A stretch of 64,000 nucleotides of DNA, taken from NCBI GenBank assembly GCA_963696385.1, contig CAVOKF010000007.1:1120001-1184000 (forward strand). Direction: 5' to 3'. The notes under the pieces were generated by a model. That model had not been told where the DNA came from. It saw only the letters and a list, made by a program, of their open reading frames with translations, and searched no databases. The position numbers and the translations under genes are program-made. The stretch comes from an uncultured delta proteobacterium. Lineage in GTDB: Bacteria; Myxococcota_A; Polyangia; Polyangiales; Polyangiaceae. Positions 49,785-58,081 of the stretch are shown here, in pieces; position 1 is the stretch's first letter; every line of letters begins with the position of its first letter.

Positions 49785-50066
49785 TCACTCGGCGGCGTTG
49801 GAGGCTGCGTCCTGCTGCGCGCGATTGCGTCCCCGCGCCTGACCGCCCGCCCGGCCGATGACGGCCATATGGCCTCGGTCGCGGCTGACGACCTCCCCCC
49901 CCTTGCGACCGGCGACGCGGGCCTCGTCCGCCGTGAACTCGTGGGCCCGCCCTTGCCGATGAGCGGCCTTACCGCCTTTGCTCGCAATCTCCCGCTGTTT
50001 TCCCGCGTCCATCGACGCAAATCCACGGTTGCTCTTGTTACGCTCGGCGCTGTTCTGCAAGGTCAT
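49785..50066 (-). CDS. KGG-domain general stress protein
   Basis: RGFASMD..KQREIASKGG, HEFT..EAR.AGRKGG, HM..IGR.GG; GAGGAG SD. Confidence 0.9.
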   Translation of the reverse strand: MTLQNSAERNKSNRGFASMDAGKQREIASKGGKAAHRQGRAHEFTADEARVAGRKGGEVVSRDRGHMAVIGRAGGQARGRNRAQQDAASNAAE

Positions 50067-50200
50067 GGGATGATCTCCTCTGTGTGGTCGGTTGGCGCGT
50101 AAAGAGCCCCAAGAGAGGCGCCAGGCTTTCTGCCGCTCCGGATCGAACCTTCTTGTGCTCTGTGCCGGCTGCTGCATTCGCGCCGACGGCCTGGGCACAT

Positions 50201-50216
50201 TGCAGCGCTCATGCCT
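50201..50216 (-). promoter_or_regulatory. possible sigma-54 -24/-12 site for the KGG gene
   Basis: AGGCATGAGCGCTGCA (GG-N10-GC). Confidence 0.35.
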
Positions 50217-50327
50217 TCGCGGACGGATGCCCAAGATCGCGGAATAACTTCATAATCGCGAACCTGCCCGGCTACGCGGACGTGGCGGATTGCCACGTTG
50301 GGGCGTATCGGCCGCGCTCGCTCGGAA

Positions 50328-51101
50328 TCAAAACTCGAAGGCGAGACCGAAATTCAAGGCCGTGCCGCCGACGCGCAGGGGGTTGCTTTGCACACCCAGG
50401 CCGTCCAGATCCTCGCGACTCCACTCGAAGAACAAATAGGTATTGTTCACGCCCATGGCATCGTCGAATGCCGACGACGCGTACGAATCGAACGGGTTCA
50501 GGTTCAGCGCGAGACCCAGCGCCACGTGAGTTCCGAACGAGTGCCCTTCGCCGACGACCCCGCCAGACCGCGACGTGCCGAGGGTGTTGGATGCCCGCCA
50601 GAGCGCCAGGCCGAGCCCGACCTTGGCGTAGGGCACGATCGGCACGCGGGCCATGCGCCAAAGCGCGTCCGCTCGCAAGACGACCGCTCCATAGAAGGGG
50701 AAGATCGTGATCGAGGTGTTCTCCTGGGAGGTGTAGGTGCCGTCATGTTCCTGCTGAAAGAGCGCGGGGTCGCTCTTGGTCGCAAAGCCCACTCCGAGGC
50801 CCGGTCCGACCGTCCCGAAATACGGGATTCGATAAGCTTGCCAATCGAGTTCGGCACTCACCAGAATAAGCGGCGTCGTCCCGAAGACCTGCTTGTACGG
50901 TGTGGCGCCATGAAGCGCGGGGTCGCTGTCGATGTCCGGCCAGAATGGGGCAACGCGAATCTCTGCGGCGAAGTTCTGCGGGGACTCGGCCTTTCGCGCG
51001 TGGCCGCCGAGGGGATCGACCAGATCCTGGGCACTCGCATCTGCGGGCAGGATCAACGCCACAAAGGAGAGTGCCCCCGTCCAGCATCGGCGCGTGATCA
51101 C
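50328..51101 (-). CDS. MXAN_2562-like outer-membrane beta-barrel protein
   Basis: Signal peptide; ESPQNFAAEIR..P.ID, VPY.K.GL, FD..MGVNNTYLF.E; terminal LAFEF. Confidence 0.75.
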   Translation of the reverse strand: MITRRCWTGALSFVALILPADASAQDLVDPLGGHARKAESPQNFAAEIRVAPFWPDIDSDPALHGATPYKQVFGTTPLILVSAELDWQAYRIPYFGTVGPGLGVGFATKSDPALFQQEHDGTYTSQENTSITIFPFYGAVVLRADALWRMARVPIVPYAKVGLGLALWRASNTLGTSRSGGVVGEGHSFGTHVALGLALNLNPFDSYASSAFDDAMGVNNTYLFFEWSREDLDGLGVQSNPLRVGGTALNFGLAFEF

Positions 51102-51255
51102 CTCGGCCTCCGGCGACGACGTGCGGCTGCGTGGCTGCCGCCCCCCGCCAGAGCCCCGGTGCGCGCCGGGGCCATGGCGCGGCGAACCGCGGTCGCCGAG
51201 GCGAAAGCAAGCGTCGGGCACGCGCGATGAGGCATGGGGCTGGGACGAAGCATGG

Positions 51256-51271
51256 AGCATGGCACATGCCA
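51256..51271 (-). promoter_or_regulatory. possible sigma-54 -24/-12 site
   Basis: TGGCATGTGCCATGCT (GG-N10-GC) about 155 bp upstream of the barrel gene. Confidence 0.4.
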
Positions 51272-51450
51272 CGCTTGAATTCCCCATCGTTGAAGGCCTC
51301 GGCACTCTCGCGGCGCCGGCCGAAGCAGCCAAGCTGTCAGCCCCTGCAAACGACCACGCGCGTCTCATGACAAAGTGGCAGAACGAGCACGCGCGCGCGG
51401 TGACGGTGCGGGCCGCCCTTCGCCCCAACCCGCGCTAGTACCCCCGCTCG

Positions 51451-52680
51451 ATGTCCTCGCACCTCATCGCCTCCCACCAGAACCGCCCGTCCGACGATCC
51501 GATATTTTCCCTTCATCAAGAAGCCGATCGGCGCAAAAGGAGCGGCGAGGCCATCGTCGACGCGACCATCGGCGTGTTGCTCGGCGAGGACGGCCAACTC
51601 GCGATATTGCCCGAGGCTGCGCGCGCCGTGCGACAGGTGCATGAGGCCGAATGGGCCGCTTATGCGCCGATCGCCGGGACCCCCGAGTTCCGCCGCGCGG
51701 TGATCGAGGATCTGCTGGCCGACGCCCCCGAGCTAAGGGCTTGTGCCGTCGCGGTGGCGACGCCGGGGGGGTCGGGCGCGCTGCGGCATGCCATCGTGAA
51801 CTTCCTCGAGCCGGGGCAGGCGGCGCTGACGGCAAGCTGGTACTGGTCGCCGTACAAAACCCTGTGCGACGAGTCCGACCGCACGCTCGAGACCTTCGAG
51901 ATGTTCTCGCCGACCGGTTCGTTCGACGTTGCCGCCCTCGACGCCGCCATCGGCCGACAATTGGCGACGCAGGGGCGATCGCTCGTCTTCGTCAACGATC
52001 CGGCACACAATCCGACCGGCTACTCGCTGACCGACGAGGAATGGCAAGCCATCGCCTTAGCGATCGCGAGTCGTGCGGCCAGCGGCCCCGTCACGCTCGT
52101 CGTCGATTGTGCGTACATGCTGTACGGACCACGGTCTGCGCGAAGTCTGCCGGCCCTGTTGCGGCCGCTCGCGGGGACAGCTGCCGTGCTCTTTGCGTGG
52201 AGCGCAAGCAAGTCCTACACGCACTACGGTTTGCGCGTCGGCGCGCTGGTCGCGTGCCTTGGCGATGACCGTGAGCGGGCGAGGGTCGAGGCGGCGCTCA
52301 GCTATTCTTGCCGCGGCACCTGGTCGAACTGCAACCGGGGCGGGCTCATCGCGATCACACGCCTACTCGTCGATCCGTCCGCGGCACGATCGTGCACGGC
52401 GCAACGCGATGGCCTCAAGGCCACGCTGCTCGCGCGGGTCGACGTGTTCAACCGGCTCGCACGCGAGCGTGGACTCCGCTACCCCCGTTACGATGGCGGC
52501 TTCTTCGTCACCGTCTTCGTCGACCGCGCGCGAGAGCGTGCGGCTTCGATGGCGAAACGCGGCATTTACGTCGTGCCGCAGGTGCTCGCGAGCGGCCGCG
52601 GAGCGCTGCGCGTGGCGCTCTGCGCTTTGGCGTCTCGTGACGTACCGCGTCTCGTCGAAGCGCTGTCGGATGCGACATAG
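51451..52680 (+). CDS. PLP-dependent aminotransferase class I/II
   Basis: ATIG, YAPIAG, TPGGSGAL, NDP.HNPTG, DCAY, SASKSYT.YGLRVG. Confidence 0.9.
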   Translation: MSSHLIASHQNRPSDDPIFSLHQEADRRKRSGEAIVDATIGVLLGEDGQLAILPEAARAVRQVHEAEWAAYAPIAGTPEFRRAVIEDLLADAPELRACAVAVATPGGSGALRHAIVNFLEPGQAALTASWYWSPYKTLCDESDRTLETFEMFSPTGSFDVAALDAAIGRQLATQGRSLVFVNDPAHNPTGYSLTDEEWQAIALAIASRAASGPVTLVVDCAYMLYGPRSARSLPALLRPLAGTAAVLFAWSASKSYTHYGLRVGALVACLGDDRERARVEAALSYSCRGTWSNCNRGGLIAITRLLVDPSAARSCTAQRDGLKATLLARVDVFNRLARERGLRYPRYDGGFFVTVFVDRARERAASMAKRGIYVVPQVLASGRGALRVALCALASRDVPRLVEALSDAT

Positions 52681-52690
52681 CCCACCCGGA

Positions 52691-52951
52691 TCAAGTCTTA
52701 TTCCACTTTTCGCGCAAGCGCCCTGCCTTGTCCAATGCCGCGAGGTCGTCGTAGCCGCCGATCGCTTCGTCGCCGATGAAAATCTGGGGCACGGTCCGCC
52801 TTCCAGTGGTCTGCGCGAGCCATCCGCGTCGGTCCGGGTCGGACGTCACGTCGACCTCTTCGTACGGAATCTCGCGCTGCGAAAGCAAGCGCTTCGCTGC
52901 GACGCAGTATGGACAAACTCGCGTGGTGTAGATCGTTACGTCGGCGGGCAC
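52691..52951 (-). CDS. grxC: glutaredoxin 3
   Basis: IYT..CPYC..AK, RTVPQIFI, GGYDDL. Confidence 0.92.
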   Translation of the reverse strand: MPADVTIYTTRVCPYCVAAKRLLSQREIPYEEVDVTSDPDRRGWLAQTTGRRTVPQIFIGDEAIGGYDDLAALDKAGRLREKWNKT

Positions 52952-52981
52952 GGGAAACTCACATGCTAACTTGCCACCGCG

Positions 52982-55663
52982 ATGGCCGCGGAGCAAACGA
53001 TTCACCTCGACCGCTACGCGCCCGACGCGAAGGCGCTTGTCGCGGGGGCGCAAGGGCTGGCCGACGATCGGAAGCACGCCCAGGTCGAGCCGATTCATTT
53101 GCTCGCTCGCGCCATCGAACGAGATCGCGGGGTCCAAGAGGTCTTTCGGCGCGCGGGCGCCGACCCGGCTGACCTGTCCGTGGAGACCGAGTCCGCGCTT
53201 GGGCGCATCAACAGGACCACCGCCGGCCTCGCCTATTTGTCGAACGCCATGCTCCAGCTTCTCAGCCGAGCGGAGAAGGAAGCGGACGCCAGGACGGTCG
53301 AGGTCGAGCACCTGTTGAATGCGCTCTCACAAGAGATCCGCGGTTCCGCAGCGGTCGTGCTGCAAGCCTTCGGTCTGGGGCCCGGAAGCCTGCGCCCTCA
53401 CATGGCTGCATTGAGAAGCGTCCCGCGTGAGGCGACCGCGACGTCCGCCGCCGGCGGCACCGCCGAAGTGCTCTCGCGCTTCACTCACGATCTCGTCGAG
53501 CGAGCTCGACAGGGCGGGTTCGACCCGGTCATCGGGCGCGACGTCGAAGTGCGCCGGCTGCTGCAGATCCTCGAACGACGGCAGAAAAACCATCCCCTTT
53601 TGGTCGGAGAAGCCGGCGTCGGCAAGACCGCTATCGTCGGCGCTCTGGCCATGCGCCTCGCGGCCGGCGAGGTACCCGAAAGTCTCGCCACACTGAGCTT
53701 GCTGGAGCTTGGAACAGGACTCCTGGTCGCCGGAGCAAAGTTGCGCGGCGAGATCGAAGAGCGCTTGCGCCAGGTGCTCTCCGCCGTCTCGGCGGCGCCG
53801 AGTCGCGCGGTCGAAGATCCGTCCTCGCGGTCCTCCCAGGGCGATCCGGCAGGCCGCGCGGCGTCGGCGTCTTCCTTCGGCCGAAGAGACACGCTTCTCT
53901 ACATCAACGGCATCGACTCGTTGCTGGGTCAGGGAGCCGCGGGCAGCGGCGTCGGTGACTTGCTCAAGCCGATGCTGGCGCGCGGCGAAGTGCGGATCCT
54001 TGCGTCGACGACCCTCGACGGCGCGCGAAAGATGCAGGAGCGCGACCCCGGATTGCTCCGCAGGTTCAGCGTCCTTTCGATTGAAGCGCCGTTGCTCGAG
54101 CCAGCCATCGAGATTCTTCGCGGAATCGCCTCGAAATACGAGGCACACCACAAGGTGCAGATCGGGGAAGGGGCCATCGAGGCCGCGGTCCGCCTCGCCA
54201 AGCGCTACCTGCAGGACCGCGCCCTACCCGACGCGGCGATCGATCTGCTGGACGAAACGGCGGCGCGCAAGCGCGTCGAGATCGACGGGGTCCCCGCGAA
54301 GGTGGACGAGGCGATTCGCCGTCTAGCGTCGCTCAAGGCGCAGACGGCGTCGCTCGCCGGAGACACCGACGCGTTGAGCGTCAAGACGCGCGATCGACTC
54401 GAAAAGGAGATGCGCGCGCTCGAACCCGTGGTCAGCGAGATGCGGGCCAAACTCGACTCGCGCCGGGGAGCGATGGCCGCATTCGCCACGTTGCGCGGCG
54501 AAGAGCAGCGTCTTCAGGACGAGATCCGCCAGGCCCGTCAGACGCAGGCCTTCGCCCGGCTCGGCGAACTCGAGCACGTTCAACTCCCCGACGTCCAGCG
54601 CCGGCTGGAAGCGGCGGGCACGGCCGTGGGTCGCGAGGCACCGAGCGGCGTGTCGAACGTCGTGACCGAGGAAGACGTGGCCGTCGTCCTCGGCGAGTGG
54701 ACGGGCATCCCCGTGAGCAAGATGCTCGAGGCAGAAAGCGACAAACTGCTCAAAATGGAATCGCGGCTCGCCGAGCGTGTCGTGGGGCAAGACGAGGCGG
54801 TCCGCGCCGTGTCGCGAGCGGTTCGCCGCGGCCGCGTCGGACTGCGTGATCCTGGAAAACCGATCGGCTCCTTTCTTTTTCTCGGCCCGAGCGGCGTCGG
54901 CAAGACCGAGCTCGCGAAAGCGCTCGCCGAGTTCTTGTTCGACGACGAGCAGTCCCTGACTCGACTCGACATGAGCGAGTTCATGGAAAAGCACATGGCG
55001 CAGCGCCTCGTCGGAGCGCCGCCCGGGTACGTCGACAGTGAAGAGGGCGGATTTCTCACCGAGGCCGTGAGGCGGCGACCTTACAGTGTGCTTCTCTTCG
55101 ACGAGGTCGAAAAGGCGCACTCGGACGTATTCAACTTGCTTCTCCAGGTACTCGACGACGGACGGCTCACCGACGGGCGGGGGCGCACCGCGAATTTCTC
55201 GAACACGGTCGTCATCATGACGAGCAACGTCGGAAGCAAGCGTCTGCTCGAAACCGACCCGAAGCTTTTCGGCACGCCCGAAGGACTCGAGGCGTTGCGG
55301 GAGGTGCTGCAAGAGGAGTTACGCGCTTTCCTGAAACCCGAGTTTCTCAACCGCATCGACGACGTCGTCCTCTTCCGCCCCTTGTCGAAGGCGGACTTGC
55401 GCGGAATCGTCGACATTCAGCTGCGCCACCTCGACAAGCTGATGAGTTACCGGGAGCTCAAGATGCAGCTGACGGAGGCGGCAAAAAACAAACTCGTCGA
55501 CCTCGGCTACGAGCCGGCGTTTGGGGCACGACCGCTCAAGCGCGCCATCCTCAAGAAATTGCAGGATCCGCTTGCGGAAGAGATTTTGCGCGGCGAGCAC
55601 CCACCCGCGACCATCGTCAAGGTGGATCTGAACGGGGACGATTTCGTGTTTGCCAAAGGCTGA
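52982..55663 (+). CDS. clpB: ClpB-like AAA+ chaperone with atypical NBD1
   Basis: Clp N-domain, DPVIGR, GEAGVGKT, M-domain coiled coil, GPSGVGKT, DMSEFMEKH, GYV, LFDEVEKAH, GARPL. Confidence 0.88.
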   Translation: MAAEQTIHLDRYAPDAKALVAGAQGLADDRKHAQVEPIHLLARAIERDRGVQEVFRRAGADPADLSVETESALGRINRTTAGLAYLSNAMLQLLSRAEKEADARTVEVEHLLNALSQEIRGSAAVVLQAFGLGPGSLRPHMAALRSVPREATATSAAGGTAEVLSRFTHDLVERARQGGFDPVIGRDVEVRRLLQILERRQKNHPLLVGEAGVGKTAIVGALAMRLAAGEVPESLATLSLLELGTGLLVAGAKLRGEIEERLRQVLSAVSAAPSRAVEDPSSRSSQGDPAGRAASASSFGRRDTLLYINGIDSLLGQGAAGSGVGDLLKPMLARGEVRILASTTLDGARKMQERDPGLLRRFSVLSIEAPLLEPAIEILRGIASKYEAHHKVQIGEGAIEAAVRLAKRYLQDRALPDAAIDLLDETAARKRVEIDGVPAKVDEAIRRLASLKAQTASLAGDTDALSVKTRDRLEKEMRALEPVVSEMRAKLDSRRGAMAAFATLRGEEQRLQDEIRQARQTQAFARLGELEHVQLPDVQRRLEAAGTAVGREAPSGVSNVVTEEDVAVVLGEWTGIPVSKMLEAESDKLLKMESRLAERVVGQDEAVRAVSRAVRRGRVGLRDPGKPIGSFLFLGPSGVGKTELAKALAEFLFDDEQSLTRLDMSEFMEKHMAQRLVGAPPGYVDSEEGGFLTEAVRRRPYSVLLFDEVEKAHSDVFNLLLQVLDDGRLTDGRGRTANFSNTVVIMTSNVGSKRLLETDPKLFGTPEGLEALREVLQEELRAFLKPEFLNRIDDVVLFRPLSKADLRGIVDIQLRHLDKLMSYRELKMQLTEAAKNKLVDLGYEPAFGARPLKRAILKKLQDPLAEEILRGEHPPATIVKVDLNGDDFVFAKG

Positions 55664-55668
55664 GGCAC

Positions 55669-57156
55669 ATGCACGTTCATCTCATCGGGGTATCCGGTAC
55701 CGGGATGGGCGCGCTCGCCGCTTTGCTGCGTGCAGCGGGCGACGATGTAAGCGGATCGGATGTCGCGTTCGACCCCCCCGTCGGTCCGACACTCGAGGCG
55801 ATCGGCGTGCGCTGCTTTCAGGGATACGACGCGGCGCACTTGTCGCCGAAGCCCGATTGGACCGTCGTCGGAAATGCGATCCGCCGCAACAATCCGGAAG
55901 CGCTGGCGCTCGAAAGGCTGGACCTGCCGCGTGGCTCGATGTCGGCGACGCTGCGCGTCCGCTTCTTGGCCCAAAGGCGGCCGCTCGTCGTGGCAGGCAC
56001 CCATGGCAAGACGACCACGAGTGCCATGTGCGCGTGGATCCTGTCCGGTGCGGGACTCGATCCTGGTTGGTTCATCGGCGGGGTTCCGAAAGGCTTGGCC
56101 GGTGGCGCGGCCATCGGCTCGACGCGTGTGCGACCCGATCATGGGCGCGCTCCGTTCGTCGTCGAGGGCGACGAATACGACTCAGTCTATTGGCACAAAC
56201 GGCCCAAGTTTCTCGATTACATGGGTGTGTCGCACGACGACGTGGCCATCGTTACGAGCGTGGAGCACGATCACGTCGACATCTACCCGGACGTCGCGTC
56301 GTACGAGGACACGTTTGTCCAATTGGTGCGTTCCGTCCCGCCGGGCGGCCTCGTCGTCTGCGATGCAGCGGACGCACGCGCTCGTTCGATCGTCGTCCGC
56401 GAGGCCAGGTCGCGCGTGACCTGGTACGCGCTCGATGGGGACGATACCGGCGAAGTAACGCCCGTCTGGCTCGGCTCACCGGCTGCGAGCTTGCCCGGCG
56501 GCCTGCAGACGTTCGACTTGTTCGCAGCGGGCGTTTCGTGTGGACGCTACACCTTGCGCGTTCCGGGCCGTCACAACATACGGAACTCCATCGCGGCCAT
56601 AGCGGCCTGCGCGGAGGGGTTCCGCGTAGGTGAACGAGAGGCCCGCACGTGCCTCGCTTCCTTCGAGGGCGTGCTCAGGCGGCAGGAGTTGCTCGGCGAG
56701 CCCGGAGGCGTACGGGTCTACGACGACTTCGCCCATCATCCGACGGCCGTCGATGCGACGCTTCGCGCATTGCGCAGCCGCCACGCGAGCGGGGCCCTCT
56801 GGGTGGCGTTCGAGCCTCGGAGCGCGACGGCGTGCCGCGCGCTGCACCAAGAAGCCTACGCGCGGGCCTTCGATGTCGCCGATCACGTCCTTTTGGCCCC
56901 TCCGGCACGCACCGCGATCCCCGAGGGCGAGCGTCTCGACGTCGGGCGATTGGTCCGTGAGCTCGGCGCGAAGGCTCGTGCCATCGGCGGGACCGGCGCG
57001 GTCGACGCCATCGCATCGCACCTGGCGAACAACGTGCGCCCGGGTGACACGATCGCGCTGCTGTCGAACGGGACGTTCGGCGGCATTCATCGCAAGATTC
57101 TCACGCTGCTCGCCGAAAGCGAACACGCCCAACCTGACAGGTACGACGATGGCTGA
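55669..57156 (+). CDS. mpl: Mpl/MurC-family murein peptide ligase
   Basis: GVSGTGM, GSD, GNA, AGTHGKTTT, EGDEYD, DHVD, DDFAHHPT, FEPRS, SNGTFGG. Confidence 0.88.
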   Translation: MHVHLIGVSGTGMGALAALLRAAGDDVSGSDVAFDPPVGPTLEAIGVRCFQGYDAAHLSPKPDWTVVGNAIRRNNPEALALERLDLPRGSMSATLRVRFLAQRRPLVVAGTHGKTTTSAMCAWILSGAGLDPGWFIGGVPKGLAGGAAIGSTRVRPDHGRAPFVVEGDEYDSVYWHKRPKFLDYMGVSHDDVAIVTSVEHDHVDIYPDVASYEDTFVQLVRSVPPGGLVVCDAADARARSIVVREARSRVTWYALDGDDTGEVTPVWLGSPAASLPGGLQTFDLFAAGVSCGRYTLRVPGRHNIRNSIAAIAACAEGFRVGEREARTCLASFEGVLRRQELLGEPGGVRVYDDFAHHPTAVDATLRALRSRHASGALWVAFEPRSATACRALHQEAYARAFDVADHVLLAPPARTAIPEGERLDVGRLVRELGAKARAIGGTGAVDAIASHLANNVRPGDTIALLSNGTFGGIHRKILTLLAESEHAQPDRYDDG

Positions 57157-57955
57157 CGGTTCTCTGGACGCGTCTGGACTGGTGCAACTGGCGCTCGGAG
57201 CGGCACGGGCCGCGGGGGAGGTCGCGCGCAAGGGCTGGCGCAAGCACCCGGCCACGTCTCACAAGGGACGCATCGATCTGGTGACTCAGTTCGATCTCGA
57301 CAGCGAAGCGCTCTTGCGCGAGCGACTCTCGGCGGCGTCATTCCCGATCGTCGGCGAAGAGGCGGGCGGACGGCGAGCGGACGGCCCGGATGCCCCGACG
57401 TGGTACGTCGATCCGATCGATGGCACGACCAATTTCGTGCACGGTCACCCGTTCTGGTGCGTGTCGGTGGGCCTCGCGGAGGGGGGCCGCCCGGTGCTGG
57501 GCGTGGTCGTCGCGCCGTCGCTGGGCGTCGAATGGGTGGGGGTCGCCGGGCAAGGCGCGACACGCAACGGGGAACCGTGCGGCATCAGCTCGGTGGACCG
57601 CTTCGAGGACGCGCTTTTGGCCACCGGCTTTCCCTACGATCGCCACACGAGCGCGGACAACAACTTCGACGCGTTCGTGGCCATCAAAGCGAAGTGCCAA
57701 GCCGTCCGCCGCTGCGGCTCTGCGGCCATGGACCTTTGCCTCGTGGCCGACGGCACATACGACGGATATTGGGAGAAAAAAGTCAAGCCGTGGGACATCG
57801 CCGCAGGCAGCGCGATCGTCCTCGCGGCGGGTGGTCGGGTGACGACCTACGACGGGGCTCCAGCCGATGTCACGGCAGGCCAAGTGATCGCGACCAACGG
57901 CCGGATTCACGACAGGCTCATCGCAGAGCTCGGCGCGGTTCACGGCCGGCGCTAG
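57149..57955 (+). CDS. suhB: inositol monophosphatase family protein
   Basis: DLVT..D, GEE, DPIDGTTNF, TGFPY, RR.GSAA, WDIAAG. Confidence 0.9.
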   Translation: MADGSLDASGLVQLALGAARAAGEVARKGWRKHPATSHKGRIDLVTQFDLDSEALLRERLSAASFPIVGEEAGGRRADGPDAPTWYVDPIDGTTNFVHGHPFWCVSVGLAEGGRPVLGVVVAPSLGVEWVGVAGQGATRNGEPCGISSVDRFEDALLATGFPYDRHTSADNNFDAFVAIKAKCQAVRRCGSAAMDLCLVADGTYDGYWEKKVKPWDIAAGSAIVLAAGGRVTTYDGAPADVTAGQVIATNGRIHDRLIAELGAVHGRR

Positions 57956-58081
57956 GAGCCGGGGGGTCCGTTCCGAGAAGTCGCGCGAATCCACAAGTGC
58001 CCTGGTTCTTCCGGGATGGGCCACGAGCAAAACCGCGGGAGCGGCTGTGGGGGTACGTGTCGGATCCCCGGAAAAACAAGG

